This document shows, one piece after another, positions 1 through 11,428 of a stretch of DNA of 64,000 nucleotides. The stretch comes from Octopus sinensis (Eukaryota): assembly GCF_006345805.1 (NCBI RefSeq), contig NW_021831836.1, positions 565 through 64,564 of the forward strand, written 5' to 3'. The notes beneath the pieces were generated by a model. That model was not told where the DNA came from and ran no database searches. It saw only the letters and a program-made list of their open reading frames with translations. The position numbers and the translations under genes are program-made. Positions within the stretch are counted from its first letter, which is position 1. Each line of letters opens with the position of its first letter.

Positions 1-292
1 TGCTAGGACTCTCTTACATGCTTTTAGGAGGATTGCCGGGAATCCATCGGGGCCAGTAGCTGAGTCTGTTTTCATTACATCTATAGCCTTGGTTACATCG
101 TCTTCCTTTATATCGATGTAATCTATCGTCGCCGCCTCTGCTCTGATTTTATATGCAGTGGTAAAAAAGTCAGTTGGATTGGTGATTTGGAGATGCCCAA
201 GGGGTGGAGTGAAAACACTCTTGAATGCTCATTCAGTATTTCACTTACCCTCATTGGTTTTCCTGTAAGTGTGCCATCCTTTTCGTGTGCCA
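1..292 (-). mobile_element. CR1/L2-group LINE fragment (region just upstream of RT), runs off the window edge
   Basis: Manual minus-strand translation ...SEILNEH.KSVFTPP...IDYIDIKEDDVTKAIDVMKTDSATGPDGFPAILLKACKRVLA. It parallels the LINE at 6150-6450 (DIDFNPEDIARAIDKLSMHSAAGPDGFNAMILK). Confidence 0.8.
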
Positions 293-294
293 TA

Positions 295-387
295 ATATAT
301 ATATATGTATATATATATACATATATATATATATATAAATATATAATATATATATATATATATATATGTATAATATATATGATATAT

Positions 388-419
<32 letters not shown>

Positions 420-464
420 ATATAGATGTATATATATATATGATATATATATATAATTATATAT

Positions 465-495
<31 letters not shown>

Positions 496-844
496 TACAT
501 ATATATATAAATTATATATACCAATTAAGACTGAACACGAAAGTGGACAGTCAACATGCTAGATAAGACGTCAAATCGCCATTCACCACAAAAGATTATG
601 TTCTCAGATCAAACTCAGAGTTTGATCTGAGAACATAATCTTTTGTGGTGAATGGCGATTTGATGTCTATATCTAGCATGTTGACTGTCCACTTTTCGTG
701 TTCAGTCCTTAATTGGATTATATAATATTTTAATCTTCGGATTCTTTTTTAATATGCTAGACCACTGGTCTTAATTGATAAATATCAATTTCTACCCTTA
801 ATTAATTCTATATATATATTATGTATATATATAATTACATATAT

Positions 845-890
<46 letters not shown>

Positions 891-901
891 TATATATATA
901 T

Positions 902-979
<78 letters not shown>

Positions 980-1002
980 GTATATATATATATTAATATA
1001 TG

Positions 1003-1057
<55 letters not shown>

Positions 1058-1143
1058 GTATATATATATTTACATCTATATATATATAATATGTATATAT
1101 ATATATTACAATTATATATATATAATATGTATATATATATTAC

Positions 1144-1177
<34 letters not shown>

Positions 1178-1200
1178 TACATATATATATTATATATATG

Positions 1201-1257
<57 letters not shown>

Positions 1258-1270
1258 TACATATATATAA
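295..1270. repeat. (TA)n microsatellite tracts (295-520 and 810-1270)
   Basis: Directly visible; source of the spurious YIYI ORFs. Confidence 0.95.
521..716. repeat. Near-perfect palindrome, ~97-bp arms, 1-nt centre at 617
   Basis: ccaattaagactgaacacg...cagatcaaactc-a-gagtttgatctg...cgtgttcagtccttaattgg; arms differ by about 3 single-base indels and 1 substitution. Confidence 0.9.
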
Positions 1271-1271
1271 A

Positions 1272-2010
1272 CTAGCAGCATAGCCCGGTATGTAAGAGCC
1301 CCTAGTAGGCAACGACTAATCCCAATCTAGTCCTTTCCCTCTAGGGAACGAAGGCGCACGTGTAGGTTGCAATGTCTTCTCTTCACTCCTAAATAACTAT
1401 TAAACAGCTATCGATAATTCAACCCAACCAATTCCTACCAGGAAGAAATTACATTTGAGACTTTAGCCGCAAGTTATTCGAATACTTTTTTTGTTTACAC
1501 TTTCTTTATAACTACCACCCCAAACGTTTTACCTTAAATCTTCGATGTACCCTAAGGGTCCTCGGACGCTACCTGCAAACTCTTGGTTTATTATAAACCG
1601 CTTTTGTCGTGTGCCCCAAAGAAACCTTTTCCATTCGTTTGTTCAGTTTGGTCACTTTTGACTTTTTCGTTGTTGTCACTCACATTCCTGCCCGATTTTT
1701 TGCAGTTTTTGTACAGTTTTATACATTTTGGGATATTTACCCCACGTGTTCCGAGAGTTACAAAGGTCGAGTTGCGTCCACTAGACAGTCTGTAGAAAAT
1801 GTGTTGCATATAAAAGGCTTAGATTCTCGACCCATGTCGAATTTATTGATTTTTTTTCTGAACTGGGGGGACTTTCCAAATTTTAGCTGCGTTAGTTTTG
1901 AATTATGACATTGGGCTATGTGTGTGTCAAGTTTCATCAGAATCGGTTGAAAGCCGTGGTCAGGGTGAGGGTAGGGTACAACCTGACAGACAACAGACAG
2001 ACAAACTGCC
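1272..2010 (-). mobile_element. Non-autonomous Helitron (family 1)
   Basis: Minus strand ends ...GCTATGCTGCTAG. 5' end (TATATAAACGGCAGTTTG) merges into (TA)n. Near-identical to the reverse complement of 51521-52310 and to both ends of the 31766-37876 Helitron. Confidence 0.88.
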
Positions 2011-2055
<45 letters not shown>

Positions 2056-2328
2056 ATATACATCATCATCATCAACGTTAAACGACGATGATGATGATGA
2101 TGATATATATATATATATATATAGCAGTAAGAAAATGGATGGGGTCAAGAGTTGGTATTCATCAACTTATAGACATTATATATGTCCATTTATTTTTTTA
2201 AAATGACAATTATAGCAATATACATACATGTATAACATGTTATGCTTTACATGTATAATATATAAAATATTTAAAAAAAACAGTATTTATTAAAATATAC
2301 AACGTAGAACATAGAAAGTAGGATAAAA

Positions 2329-2449
2329 TCTTACTGCTGTTTCTGCCAAGAGGCCATAGTACCCCATTCTACTTTTATCCCTCCTGTGAACTGAAGTATT
2401 GGTAGATAAGATTAAGGTACTTAGGTGTGTCTCTGGGCTTCGTCAAAGA
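2329..2449 (-). ncRNA. Degenerate type I hammerhead ribozyme motif with long stem II
   Basis: Minus strand: TCT-TTGACGA-agcccagag...ctcttggca-GAAAC-AGCA-GTA-AGA. Core differs from CUGANGA by C3U; stem II has 7/9 pairs plus an inner agtacc/ggtact helix. Confidence 0.45.
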
Positions 2450-3054
2450 GTTTAGAAAGTTCATAAGGTTAAGTTATGAATATGAATACATACATATATG
2501 CATACTTTTACATATATTAAAATGTATATGCACACAAAGGAATCAATTATTATTATTAGGCGTATTATATTATTCTTATTAGATAAATTATAAACAGAGG
2601 TAGGAGAAAGTTATTAAAAGAAATAATGCAATTTAAAAAATCAATGTATCTTAAGATTATTGTAGTTATGTAGGAATGAAAAGGTATACACATGAGGAAT
2701 ATATGTATATACGCATATACACACACACACACATATATATGCATATATATTTTTATGTACAAACATACCCATGCAACAGTGTTTTGTTACTAAATTAATG
2801 AACCAACTCAATATATATTCTCTTAGTTATAAATAAAACGAAGGGAGGTAACTCTGGTTTAATTAGGTCTATAATTATAAAATAATACTCAAAAATTTAG
2901 ATCCATTATTCAGTCAATTCATCAACTTATCAATCATCCAATTAATTAATTAATCAATCAATCAAACAATTAATTGGTTCTGTAATGGGGTTGCATATCA
3001 ATGTCTGTATCCATATACGTACATATGTATATACAATACATATATCACACATGC

Positions 3055-3102
<48 letters not shown>

Positions 3103-3316
3103 ATATATTTTTGTAAATAGAAAGATGAATAATCTGTGTTGCAGATTAATCAAAAGTTTAACCGATACCTTGGTAGCAAAAATCACAGCAGAAGACAGCA
3201 CGGTTGGGGTACAACCATATGGTGTTGCAACCATGCGTTGGTGCGGATAATTGAATTTTAATATTATTAGTGAATTGAAGAAATGGAGTTGAACGAAGAT
3301 TGAACAGAAATCGTTT

Positions 3317-3409
3317 TATTGCATTCTACACGTGTTTCGAAAGCCACAATTTACCAAATTCCGATTGAATAAGGAGACCATATTGTGTCTTCCTCTTCAG
3401 GAAGAAATA
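3317..3409 (-). ncRNA. Type I hammerhead ribozyme (PLE-type minimal, palindromic stem III)
   Basis: Minus strand: tatt-tc-TTC-CTGAAGA-GGAAG-a-CACAAT-loop-ATTGTG-g-CTTTC-GAAAC-ACGT-GTA-GAA-tgc-aata. Intact CUGANGA/GAAA core, GUA triplet, all three stems pair. Confidence 0.72.
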
Positions 3410-3429
3410 GGAAATCCGTTGGCAAAAAC

Positions 3430-3700
3430 AAAAACAGAACAGAGGCGCAGCAAAACAAATCGAAACGAGGCTCCTAAGAGAGGGATTGCTCAGTGCCTAA
3501 AACATCGAGCAAAGAATATAAGTAGCAATCGTGATTTCCACTATGAAGAAATTATCAAGCTCAGTAACAGTCTGTTAAACAACAACTACCCCAAAAGTAT
3601 ACTATCCACTCCAATTATGAAGAAGAGAGAGGATGAGGCCAGTAAACTGTCCACAGTCTGTCTACCCTATGTGTCAGAGCAACAAAACCATCCTGCACCC
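3430..3700 (+). mobile_element. Penelope-like element remnant (post-RT region)
   Basis: HYEEIIKLSNSLLNNNYPKSILS...STVCLPYV resembles the PLE E..L..NGYP...LPYV segment; adjacent to the hammerhead. Confidence 0.5.
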
Positions 3701-4394
3701 ACTTGTACAGTGTCCAACCATTTCCTACCTGTGGGCCTATGTCGAACGACTGCTATCGCATGTGGGATGAGTCAGTTTATCAACCAAGGCTATTGTGAAT
3801 ATTGTCACGCTTCCTCCCTTGAAACGGGAAGGAAGAGCCATTTTCATTGTACTTGTGGCTATGGGGAAAGAATGTGTATGGTGGATGTGTCCGAAAGGTC
3901 TACAGACAAACACTTGCCTCTCTGATCAATTTTTCAACTTCTTCAAGTATCACTTGAAGAGGAAGGAGAGTAGAGAGGGAAGTTTTGTCTAGTGAATATT
4001 TCAAAAAAGATGGGTGAATGTAGCAAGGATGGCACATGTGAATGATGGAGCCAGCTTGAACGTAATCCTATGAACCAAGAAAAGAAAGGAAAAAAAGAGA
4101 GTCACTGTAATGTGTTTTTTTCCATGACACTATTGCCCAAGATTACCATGGTCTTTTCCGTAGGCTTTTCTTTCCATGGATAAACCTAATCTGTTTTCCT
4201 CTTTTACATTGACATGTCTGTGATACACAATCCCTATTGATTGGACTTTTTTTTCTTTTTTGCACTATCTGTTTTGATCGAAATTCGACCCACTTTTTTT
4301 TCTCTTTTTCTTCCCAAAAAGAAAAGCGCTACTTTGTATTTTGTCCCCTCTCTATTCAGCCCTGTGTGGCCAATAAAGAAACATGTATATTATA

Positions 4395-4805
4395 CTCTTT
4401 ACTCTCTCTCTTTACTCTTTTACTTGTTTCAGGTATTTGACTGTGGCCATGCTGGAGCACCACCTTTAATCGAGCAACTCGATCTCGGGACTTATTCTTT
4501 TGTAAGCCCAGTACTTAATCTATCGGTCTCTTTTGCCGAACCGCTAAGTAACAGGGACAGGAACATGCCAGCATCGGTTGTCAAGCAATGCTAGGGGGAC
4601 AAACACAGACGCACAAACACACACACACTCATATATATATATACATATATACAACGGGCTTCTTTCAGTTTCCGTCTACCAAATCTACTCACAAGGCTTT
4701 GGTCAGCCCGAGGCTATAGTAGAAGACACTTGCCCAAGGTGCCACGCAGTGGGACTGAACTCGGAACCATGTGGTTGGTAAACAAGCTACTTACCACACA
4801 GCCAC
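4395..4805 (-). mobile_element. tRNA-derived SINE (octopus-type)
   Basis: Minus strand head tggctgtgtggtaag...gagttcagtccc (A/B-box-like), body, and AAGAGT tail; further copies recur in the window. Confidence 0.8.
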
Positions 4806-4845
4806 ATATATCTTTATATATATATATATAATATATATATATATT

Positions 4846-7800
4846 GATACATTGATACAAAGGCTGACACCTGGACTTACAGGGCACGTACAACAAATAC
4901 AGACAGCCCAGCAGACCGAATATCCAGTCAGCACAGTCCCAGCAACTACAACAGTCTTGCCAACAATAGGGCAGATGTATCCGGTACAACAAGCATAATA
5001 ACAGCAAATATCCAGGGTCTTTATCCGAAAACAAAACAGTGTAAAGTCCCTTTCTTGGAAGAATTAGCAACAGAGAAAACAACTCCAAATAATTGGAATT
5101 ACTGAAAGTCATCTCAACGAAAACATCCACAACAGCGAAATCACAATCAATAGATTCAACATCTTCAGATGTGATAGACAAGGCAGATCCCATGGGGGCG
5201 TTATCATGTATATCCATGATACCTATGCATGCATAGAACTTGTCAATGAATCAAATGCCTACTGCAACCTGCTGTGCATAAAAATCATCCAACTTAATAC
5301 AGTTGTAACAATAATGTACAGACCGCCAAACAGCCCAACATTATCCTTCACTGAGCCACTGACGAAGCTCCAACAAATTCTGGGAAACATGGCAAGTCCA
5401 ATGCCAGACATTATCCTCCTTGGTGACTTCAACTTCCCTAACATCATCTGGCCACATGGACAACATACTAAAACGGGGACAAAAGCTGAACAAATACAGG
5501 CAGCCAAACTGTTGGAAGTCACAGAGAAATTATACCTCAAACAAATGATGACAGAAGCAACAAGAAATAATAATACGATCGACTTGGTTTTCACCAACAA
5601 CGAGGACACGCTATTTGACCTTCACTCAACCCCAACAATCCTTTCAGACCACAATATTATTGAAATGCATTTACACATTGGTAATGAGCCCAATGCCACA
5701 ACTCTTAAACAAAGGACATGCCAAAGCTATGCAGGTATGATTATCACCAGGCAAATTGGGAAACTATTAACAACCAGTTACAAATCATTGACTGGGATCT
5801 CTACCTTACTGGGCCAGATAAACACAAGAAATTCTTAAACAAGATCGAAGAAATATGTGAAAAAAATGTTCCTCTAAAGAAAACCAAGTCCACAAAAAAA
5901 CCTGTACCACGGGAGCGAAAGATCCTGATGCGCAAAAGGTCAAGACTAAGAAACAAAACATCTAAGCTGACATCAAAACATGAATTACAGAAAGTCCTTG
6001 ACCAAATATACAGATTAGAAGACAATCTAAAACAACACTATGATGAAGAACGTAACAATGCAGAAAAGAAAGCCATAGAAAACATCAAGAAAAATCCAAA
6101 ATGTTTCTACAGTTTTGCAAAGAAATACTCGAAACCCAAGTCAACAATAGGACCTCTCCAGAGACAAAATGGGGATGTAGTGAATAACCCTATTGAAATG
6201 GCAGAAATGTTGGGTCAACAGTATGAAAGTGTCTTCAGTGAGCCATCTAAAACCATGAAGATCCATGACCCAGGAAAATTCTTCAAGGATATCGACCATA
6301 CTAAACCTACCCTATCCGACATTGATTTCAACCCAGAAGACATAGCAAGAGCAATAGACAAGCTCTCCATGCACTCGGCTGCGGGGCCTGACGGTTTCAA
6401 TGCCATGATACTTAAAAACTGCAAGGTACAATTGTCGAAACCCCTTACATGATATGGAGGGGGAATCTATGGAGAATGGCAAAATACCAAATACATATAA
6501 AGAAGCACACATAACTCCAATACATAAAGGGGATAGCAAATCAAAACCAAAGAACTACCGACCAATCTCACTGACATCACACATTATCAAGGTCTTCGAA
6601 AGAATAGTTCGTGAAAACTGGTTGAGTTCCTGGAATCCAACAATCTGATGAATTGCAACCAGCATGGATTCAGGTTAGGTAGATCATGCCTTTCCCAACT
6701 ACTGGCACACCATGACCAAATCCTAGAAAATCTAGAGAATGGATACAACACAGATGTTATCTACCTCGACTTTGCCAAGGCATTTGACAAGGTAGATCAT
6801 GGCATCCTGGGTCACAACTTCGAAAGCTAGGAGTAGGAGGAAAAGTTGGTACATGGATAAACGAGTTCCTTACAAATAGAACTCAAACAGTCACTGTGAA
6901 TGGAACCCATTCAACACCATCACCTGTGACCAGCAGTGTTCCTCAGGGTACAGTACTCGCCCAATCCTGTTTCTCATCCTCATCTCTGACATAGATGAAG
7001 ATACAACCAGCAACGTCTCATCCTTTGCTGATGACACCAGGGTCATGAGACAAATCAAAGACGAGGTGGATACAGAGGCCTTACAAAAGGACCTGACCAC
7101 CATATATAAATGGCAGGAAACAAACAACATGTTGTTCAATGATAAGAAGTTTGAACTAATTCGCTACGGAACAGATCAAGATCTGAAAAATACAACAAAC
7201 TACAGAAACCCATCAGGACAACAAATAATGGAAAAACAGTATGTGAAAGATTTAGGCATCCACATGGGAACCAACCTAAAATTCAGAGAACACCTTGACT
7301 CAGTCTGTCTTACTGCAAGAAAGTACAGCGGGTGGATCTTGCGCACCTTCAAATCAAGAGATACCTCAACAATGAAAACCCTCTGGAACAGTATGATACT
7401 TCCGAGGATTGACTACTGTTCTCAGTTGTGGTCACCAACAACAAAGGGCCAACTATCTAAGATAGAATCGCTCCAAAGAAATTTTACCTCATACTTCTCA
7501 GAAACGAGGGACCTGGACTATTGGCAAAGACTCAAAACCTTGAGGATGTACTCAATAGAAAGAAGATTTGAGCGATACCGAATTATATACATTTGGAAAA
7601 TGATAGAGCAGAAGGTGCCAAACTTTGGTATCAAAACCTACCACTCACTGCGCCACGGAAGACGCTGCCAGCTGCCACCAATCAACAAAAAGGCTGGCCA
7701 GGCAGCAAAAACCCTGCGAGAATCAAGTCTGTTGGTTCGAGGAGCACAACTGTTCAACTCCATCCCGGTACATGTCAGAAATCTATCAGGATGCAGTGTG

Positions 7801-8026
7801 GAATCATTCAAATTGCAACTGGATAGATACTTAAGCACCATTAGAGATGAACCCCATCTCCCAGGATATACACAACGAGCACAAACTGACTCAAACTCGC
7901 TCCTACACATGTCAAATTTAAGCAGAGAATACAACCTGGCAACCACACCAGACTCTGAGGGTGGAGCCTTCGACTTGGCCTGAGCATGGACTCAAACCCA
8001 AATGAAATGAAATGAAATGAAATGAA
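4846..8026 (+). mobile_element. CR1/L2-group LINE, 5'-truncated; APE endonuclease + RT ORF2 with frameshifts; (GAAAT)n tail
   Basis: EN motifs ITESHL, GGV, MYRPP, LGDFNFP, IDLVF, SDHN. RT motifs NYRPISLT, QHGFR, YLDFAKAFDKV, VPQGTVL, FADDT. Ends in AATGA repeats; flanked by (TA)n. Confidence 0.93.
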
Positions 8027-8115
8027 AATATAAAAATTATAGAATATATATATTATATATAATATAGATATATATATATATATAATAATATATATATATA
8101 TATATATAAAATATA

Positions 8116-8492
8116 TCTACATATATAAAACTCTGTGTGTGTATCGAGGTGTTTAACTTCCCGGCACGCCTTCCTAGCCAACAAATCGTAGAACCACCAA
8201 AAATGGGTCACTTAAGTTTAGGCGAATGAAATTGAACTGCGCTATTTCTGTTCGAAATTCATCTCACAAGTGCAAAAATCGATAATGTGTTTGTTTAGGC
8301 CTTATCCCATGCATTGAATAGTGAACTTTACTCAGTCAGCTGTCTGACGTGAACTGTGTTCACCACGCGTGCAAGCATGCGTAAATTGCATGAAAAATAA
8401 AAAATGAAGATATAAAAACGAATCACCATAAACATTGTAGAAATTCGGCAAAGAAATGAATTTTCGGGATGTAACCTGGAGGGTTTTTCGTA

Positions 8493-8523
<31 letters not shown>

Positions 8524-8825
8524 CATCATATATATATGTATGTATATATATACATGAGAGTATGATAGAAGAAGGCTAACTCTTCCTTCCATAGAAGAAA
8601 AAATTCAAATCGGACCATGTTAACACCAAAAATTATTTACATCAAAAAGGTGCCTTTCTTCTATGAAAATCCCTATTTTTTTACGATGTTTTGACTGCTG
8701 TGTCGCCATTTTTCGGTCTATTTCAATTAAAGAGAATAACACGCTACATACTGCCAAATTTTTACTTTTCAAAAATTCCAAATCTAAAGGCTCTAAACAA
8801 ACGCAACGCCGGGCGATACTGCTAG
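8116..8825 (+). mobile_element. Non-autonomous Helitron (family 2)
   Basis: Starts A|TCTACATATATAAAAC, ends caacgccgggcgatactgCTAG|T. The 3' ~130 bp resembles the reverse complement of 46569-46650. Confidence 0.7.
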
Positions 8826-8918
<93 letters not shown>

Positions 8919-8938
8919 TACATATATTATTATATATA

Positions 8939-9185
8939 TCATCATCATCATCATCATCATCGTTTAACGTCCGTTTTCCGCGCTAGCACGGGTTGGACGG
9001 TTTCGACGGGGGTCTGGGGAGCTCGGGACTGCCCCAGGCTCCAGTCTAGTCTGGCAGTGTTTCTGCAGCTGGATGCCCTTCCTAACGCCAACCACTCCGC
9101 GAGTGTAGTGGGTGTTTTTTTACGTGCCACCTGCACAGGTGCCAGAGGGGTCTGGCATCGGCCACGTTCGGATGGTGCTTTTTAT
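8939..9185 (-). mobile_element. RTE 3'-end / RTE-tailed SINE copy with (ATG)n tail
   Basis: catcatcgtttaacgtccg...ctggatgcccttcctaacgccaaccactcc matches the 3' ends at 23380-23545 and 45100-45280 in reverse orientation. Confidence 0.8.
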
Positions 9186-9978
9186 GGGGGGGGGTGCAGA
9201 AATATAGGGGAGCACCAGTGGGAGGGGTGGTTCAGAGGACAGGTACTAGGCAAGTAGAACGTAGGATATCGAGAGAGGGGTAATGCATGGTGAAATAGCG
9301 TATTGAAGAGGGGGGTTCAAAGAGTAGACACCTATAATGGTGATGGGGGGGTGCAGAAATATAGGGGAGCACCAGTGGGAGGGGTGGTTCAGAGGACAGG
9401 TTCTAGGCAAGTAGAACGTAGGATATCGAGAGAGGGGTAATGCATGGTGAAATAGCGTATTGAAGAGGGGGGTTCAAAGAGTAGACACCTATAATGGTGG
9501 TGGGGGGGGTGCAGAAATATAGGGGAGCACCAGTGGGAGGGGTGGTTCAGAGGACAGGTTCTAGGCAAGTAGAACGTAGGATATCGAGAGAGGGGTAATG
9601 CATGGTGAATAGCGTATTGAAGAGGGGGGTTCAAAGAGTAGACACCTATAATGGTGGTGGGGGGGGTGCAGAAATATAGGGGAGCACCAGTGGGAGGGGT
9701 GGTTCAGAGGACAGGTCCTAGGCAAGTAGAACGTAGGATATCGAGAGAGGGGTAATGCATGGTGAAATAGCGTATTGAAGAGGGGGGTTCAAAGAGTAGA
9801 CACCTATAATGGTGGTGGGGGGGGTGCAGAAATATAGGGGAGCACCAGTGGGAGGGGTGGTTCAGAGGACAGGTTCTAGGCAAGTAGAACGTAGGATATC
9901 GAGAGAGGGGTAATGCATGGTGAAATAGCGTATTGAAGAGGGGGGTTCAAAGAGTAGACACCTATAATGGTGGTGGGA
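9186..9978. repeat. Tandem array, 5 x 157-158 bp, G-rich on + strand
   Basis: Anchor gcagaaatat at 9196, 9353, 9511, 9668, 9826; units nearly identical. Confidence 0.95.
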
Positions 9979-10047
9979 GAAACGACATCCGGTATAGTTG
10001 GAGCAAAATAGAGATATCCGGTATCGGTGGTGGGCAGGGCGGGCGCG

Positions 10048-10702
10048 CCGCGAAGAATCGGCAGCCAATTTCTAATCAGCCCTGTAAGGGAGATAGATCT
10101 TAAATATCTATAACGATAACTAGTGAATTATACAGAATATGCAAAAACGAGGCGAGGCTGAAATAGTAAACAGAGTGGCGACTAGGGGGATCAGAATAAT
10201 AATAATTAATAAATAATAATAATAAATAGAGATACGGATGAATTAAAGTTCAAAGATTTCTTATCTTGGGATCACTTCGTTTACGGACAGACTTGGCAAA
10301 AGGAATTCGGAATCAAGAATGAGGCAGGTTACTAGCTTAAGTATGCATAGCCATGGCGAGGGGTAGGAAGAGAGGAGTCCAGACAGACGACAATGTAAAA
10401 AGAGGGGGAGAGAAGGGAAGAGAAAAACCCCGCGAAGAATCGGCAGCCAATTTCTAATCAGCCCTGTAAGGGAGATAGATCTTAAATATCTATAACGATA
10501 ACTAGTGAATTATACAGAATATGCAAAAACGAGGCGAGGCTGAAATAGTAAACAGAGTGGCGACTAGGGGGATCAGAATAATAATAATTAATAAATAATA
10601 ATAATAAATAGAGATACGGATGAATTAAAGTTCAAAGATTTCTTATCTTGGGATCACTTCGTTTACGGACAGACTTGGCAAAAGGAATTCGGAATCAAGA
10701 AT
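10048..10702. repeat. 273-bp direct repeats (10048-10320 and 10430-10702) around a 109-bp unique spacer
   Basis: Both copies run ccgcgaagaatcggc...ggaatcaagaat and appear identical. Confidence 0.92.
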
Positions 10703-10708
10703 ATATAT

Positions 10709-10739
<31 letters not shown>

Positions 10740-10743
<4 letters not shown>

Positions 10744-11200
10744 TATAAATGTTATATGTATATATATATATAATATAAATGTTATATGTATATATATATA
10801 TATATAAATGTTATATGTAGATATATATATATATATAAATGTTATATGTAGATATATATATATATATAAATGTTATATGTAGATATATATATATATATAA
10901 ATGTTATATGTAGATATATATATATATAAATGTTATATGTAGATATATATATATATTATAAATGTTATATGTAGATATATATATATATAAATGTTATATG
11001 TAGATATAGATATATATATATATATAATGTTATATGTAGATATATATATATAATGTTATATGTAGATATATATATATAAATGTTATATGTAGATATATAT
11101 ATATATAAATGTTATATGTAGATATATATATATATAATATATATATATATAATTATATATAATATATTATATATATATATAAATGTTATATGTAGATATA
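10740..11200. repeat. Minisatellite ATAAATGTTATATGTAG(AT)n, ~25-30 bp period
   Basis: More than a dozen visible copies with variable (AT)n spacers. Confidence 0.9.
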
Positions 11201-11265
11201 TATATATATATATATATATAATTATATATAATATATTATATATATATAATATATTTTATATATAT

Positions 11266-11428
11266 ATCATCATCATCATCATTTAACGTGGTTGGCGTTA
11301 GGAAAGGCATCCAGCTGTAGAAACTGTGCCAGATCAGATTGGAGCCTGGTGCAGCCATCTGGCTCGCCAGTCCTCAGTCAAACTGTCCAACCCAGCATGA
11401 AAAATGGATGTTAAACAATGATGATGAT
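11266..11428 (-). mobile_element. Short RTE-tail SINE fragment
   Basis: gtggttggcgttaggaaaggcatccagctgtagaaac motif bounded by ATC/ATG repeats; internally rearranged. Confidence 0.6.

Noticed and set aside
520-790. Hammerhead in the 521-716 palindrome and its flank (CCGAAGA...GAAA...GTC)
   Set aside because: The potential stem I is 10 nt away from the core and stem III does not pair.
4760-4805. tRNA gene
   Set aside because: The A/B boxes belong to SINE heads; there is no cloverleaf or acceptor stem.
10020-10460. OSTF1 promoter or first exon
   Set aside because: GC and CCAAT boxes are present, but the peptide has no proline-rich OSTF1 N-terminus and no phase-1 donor. The first exon remains unlocated.
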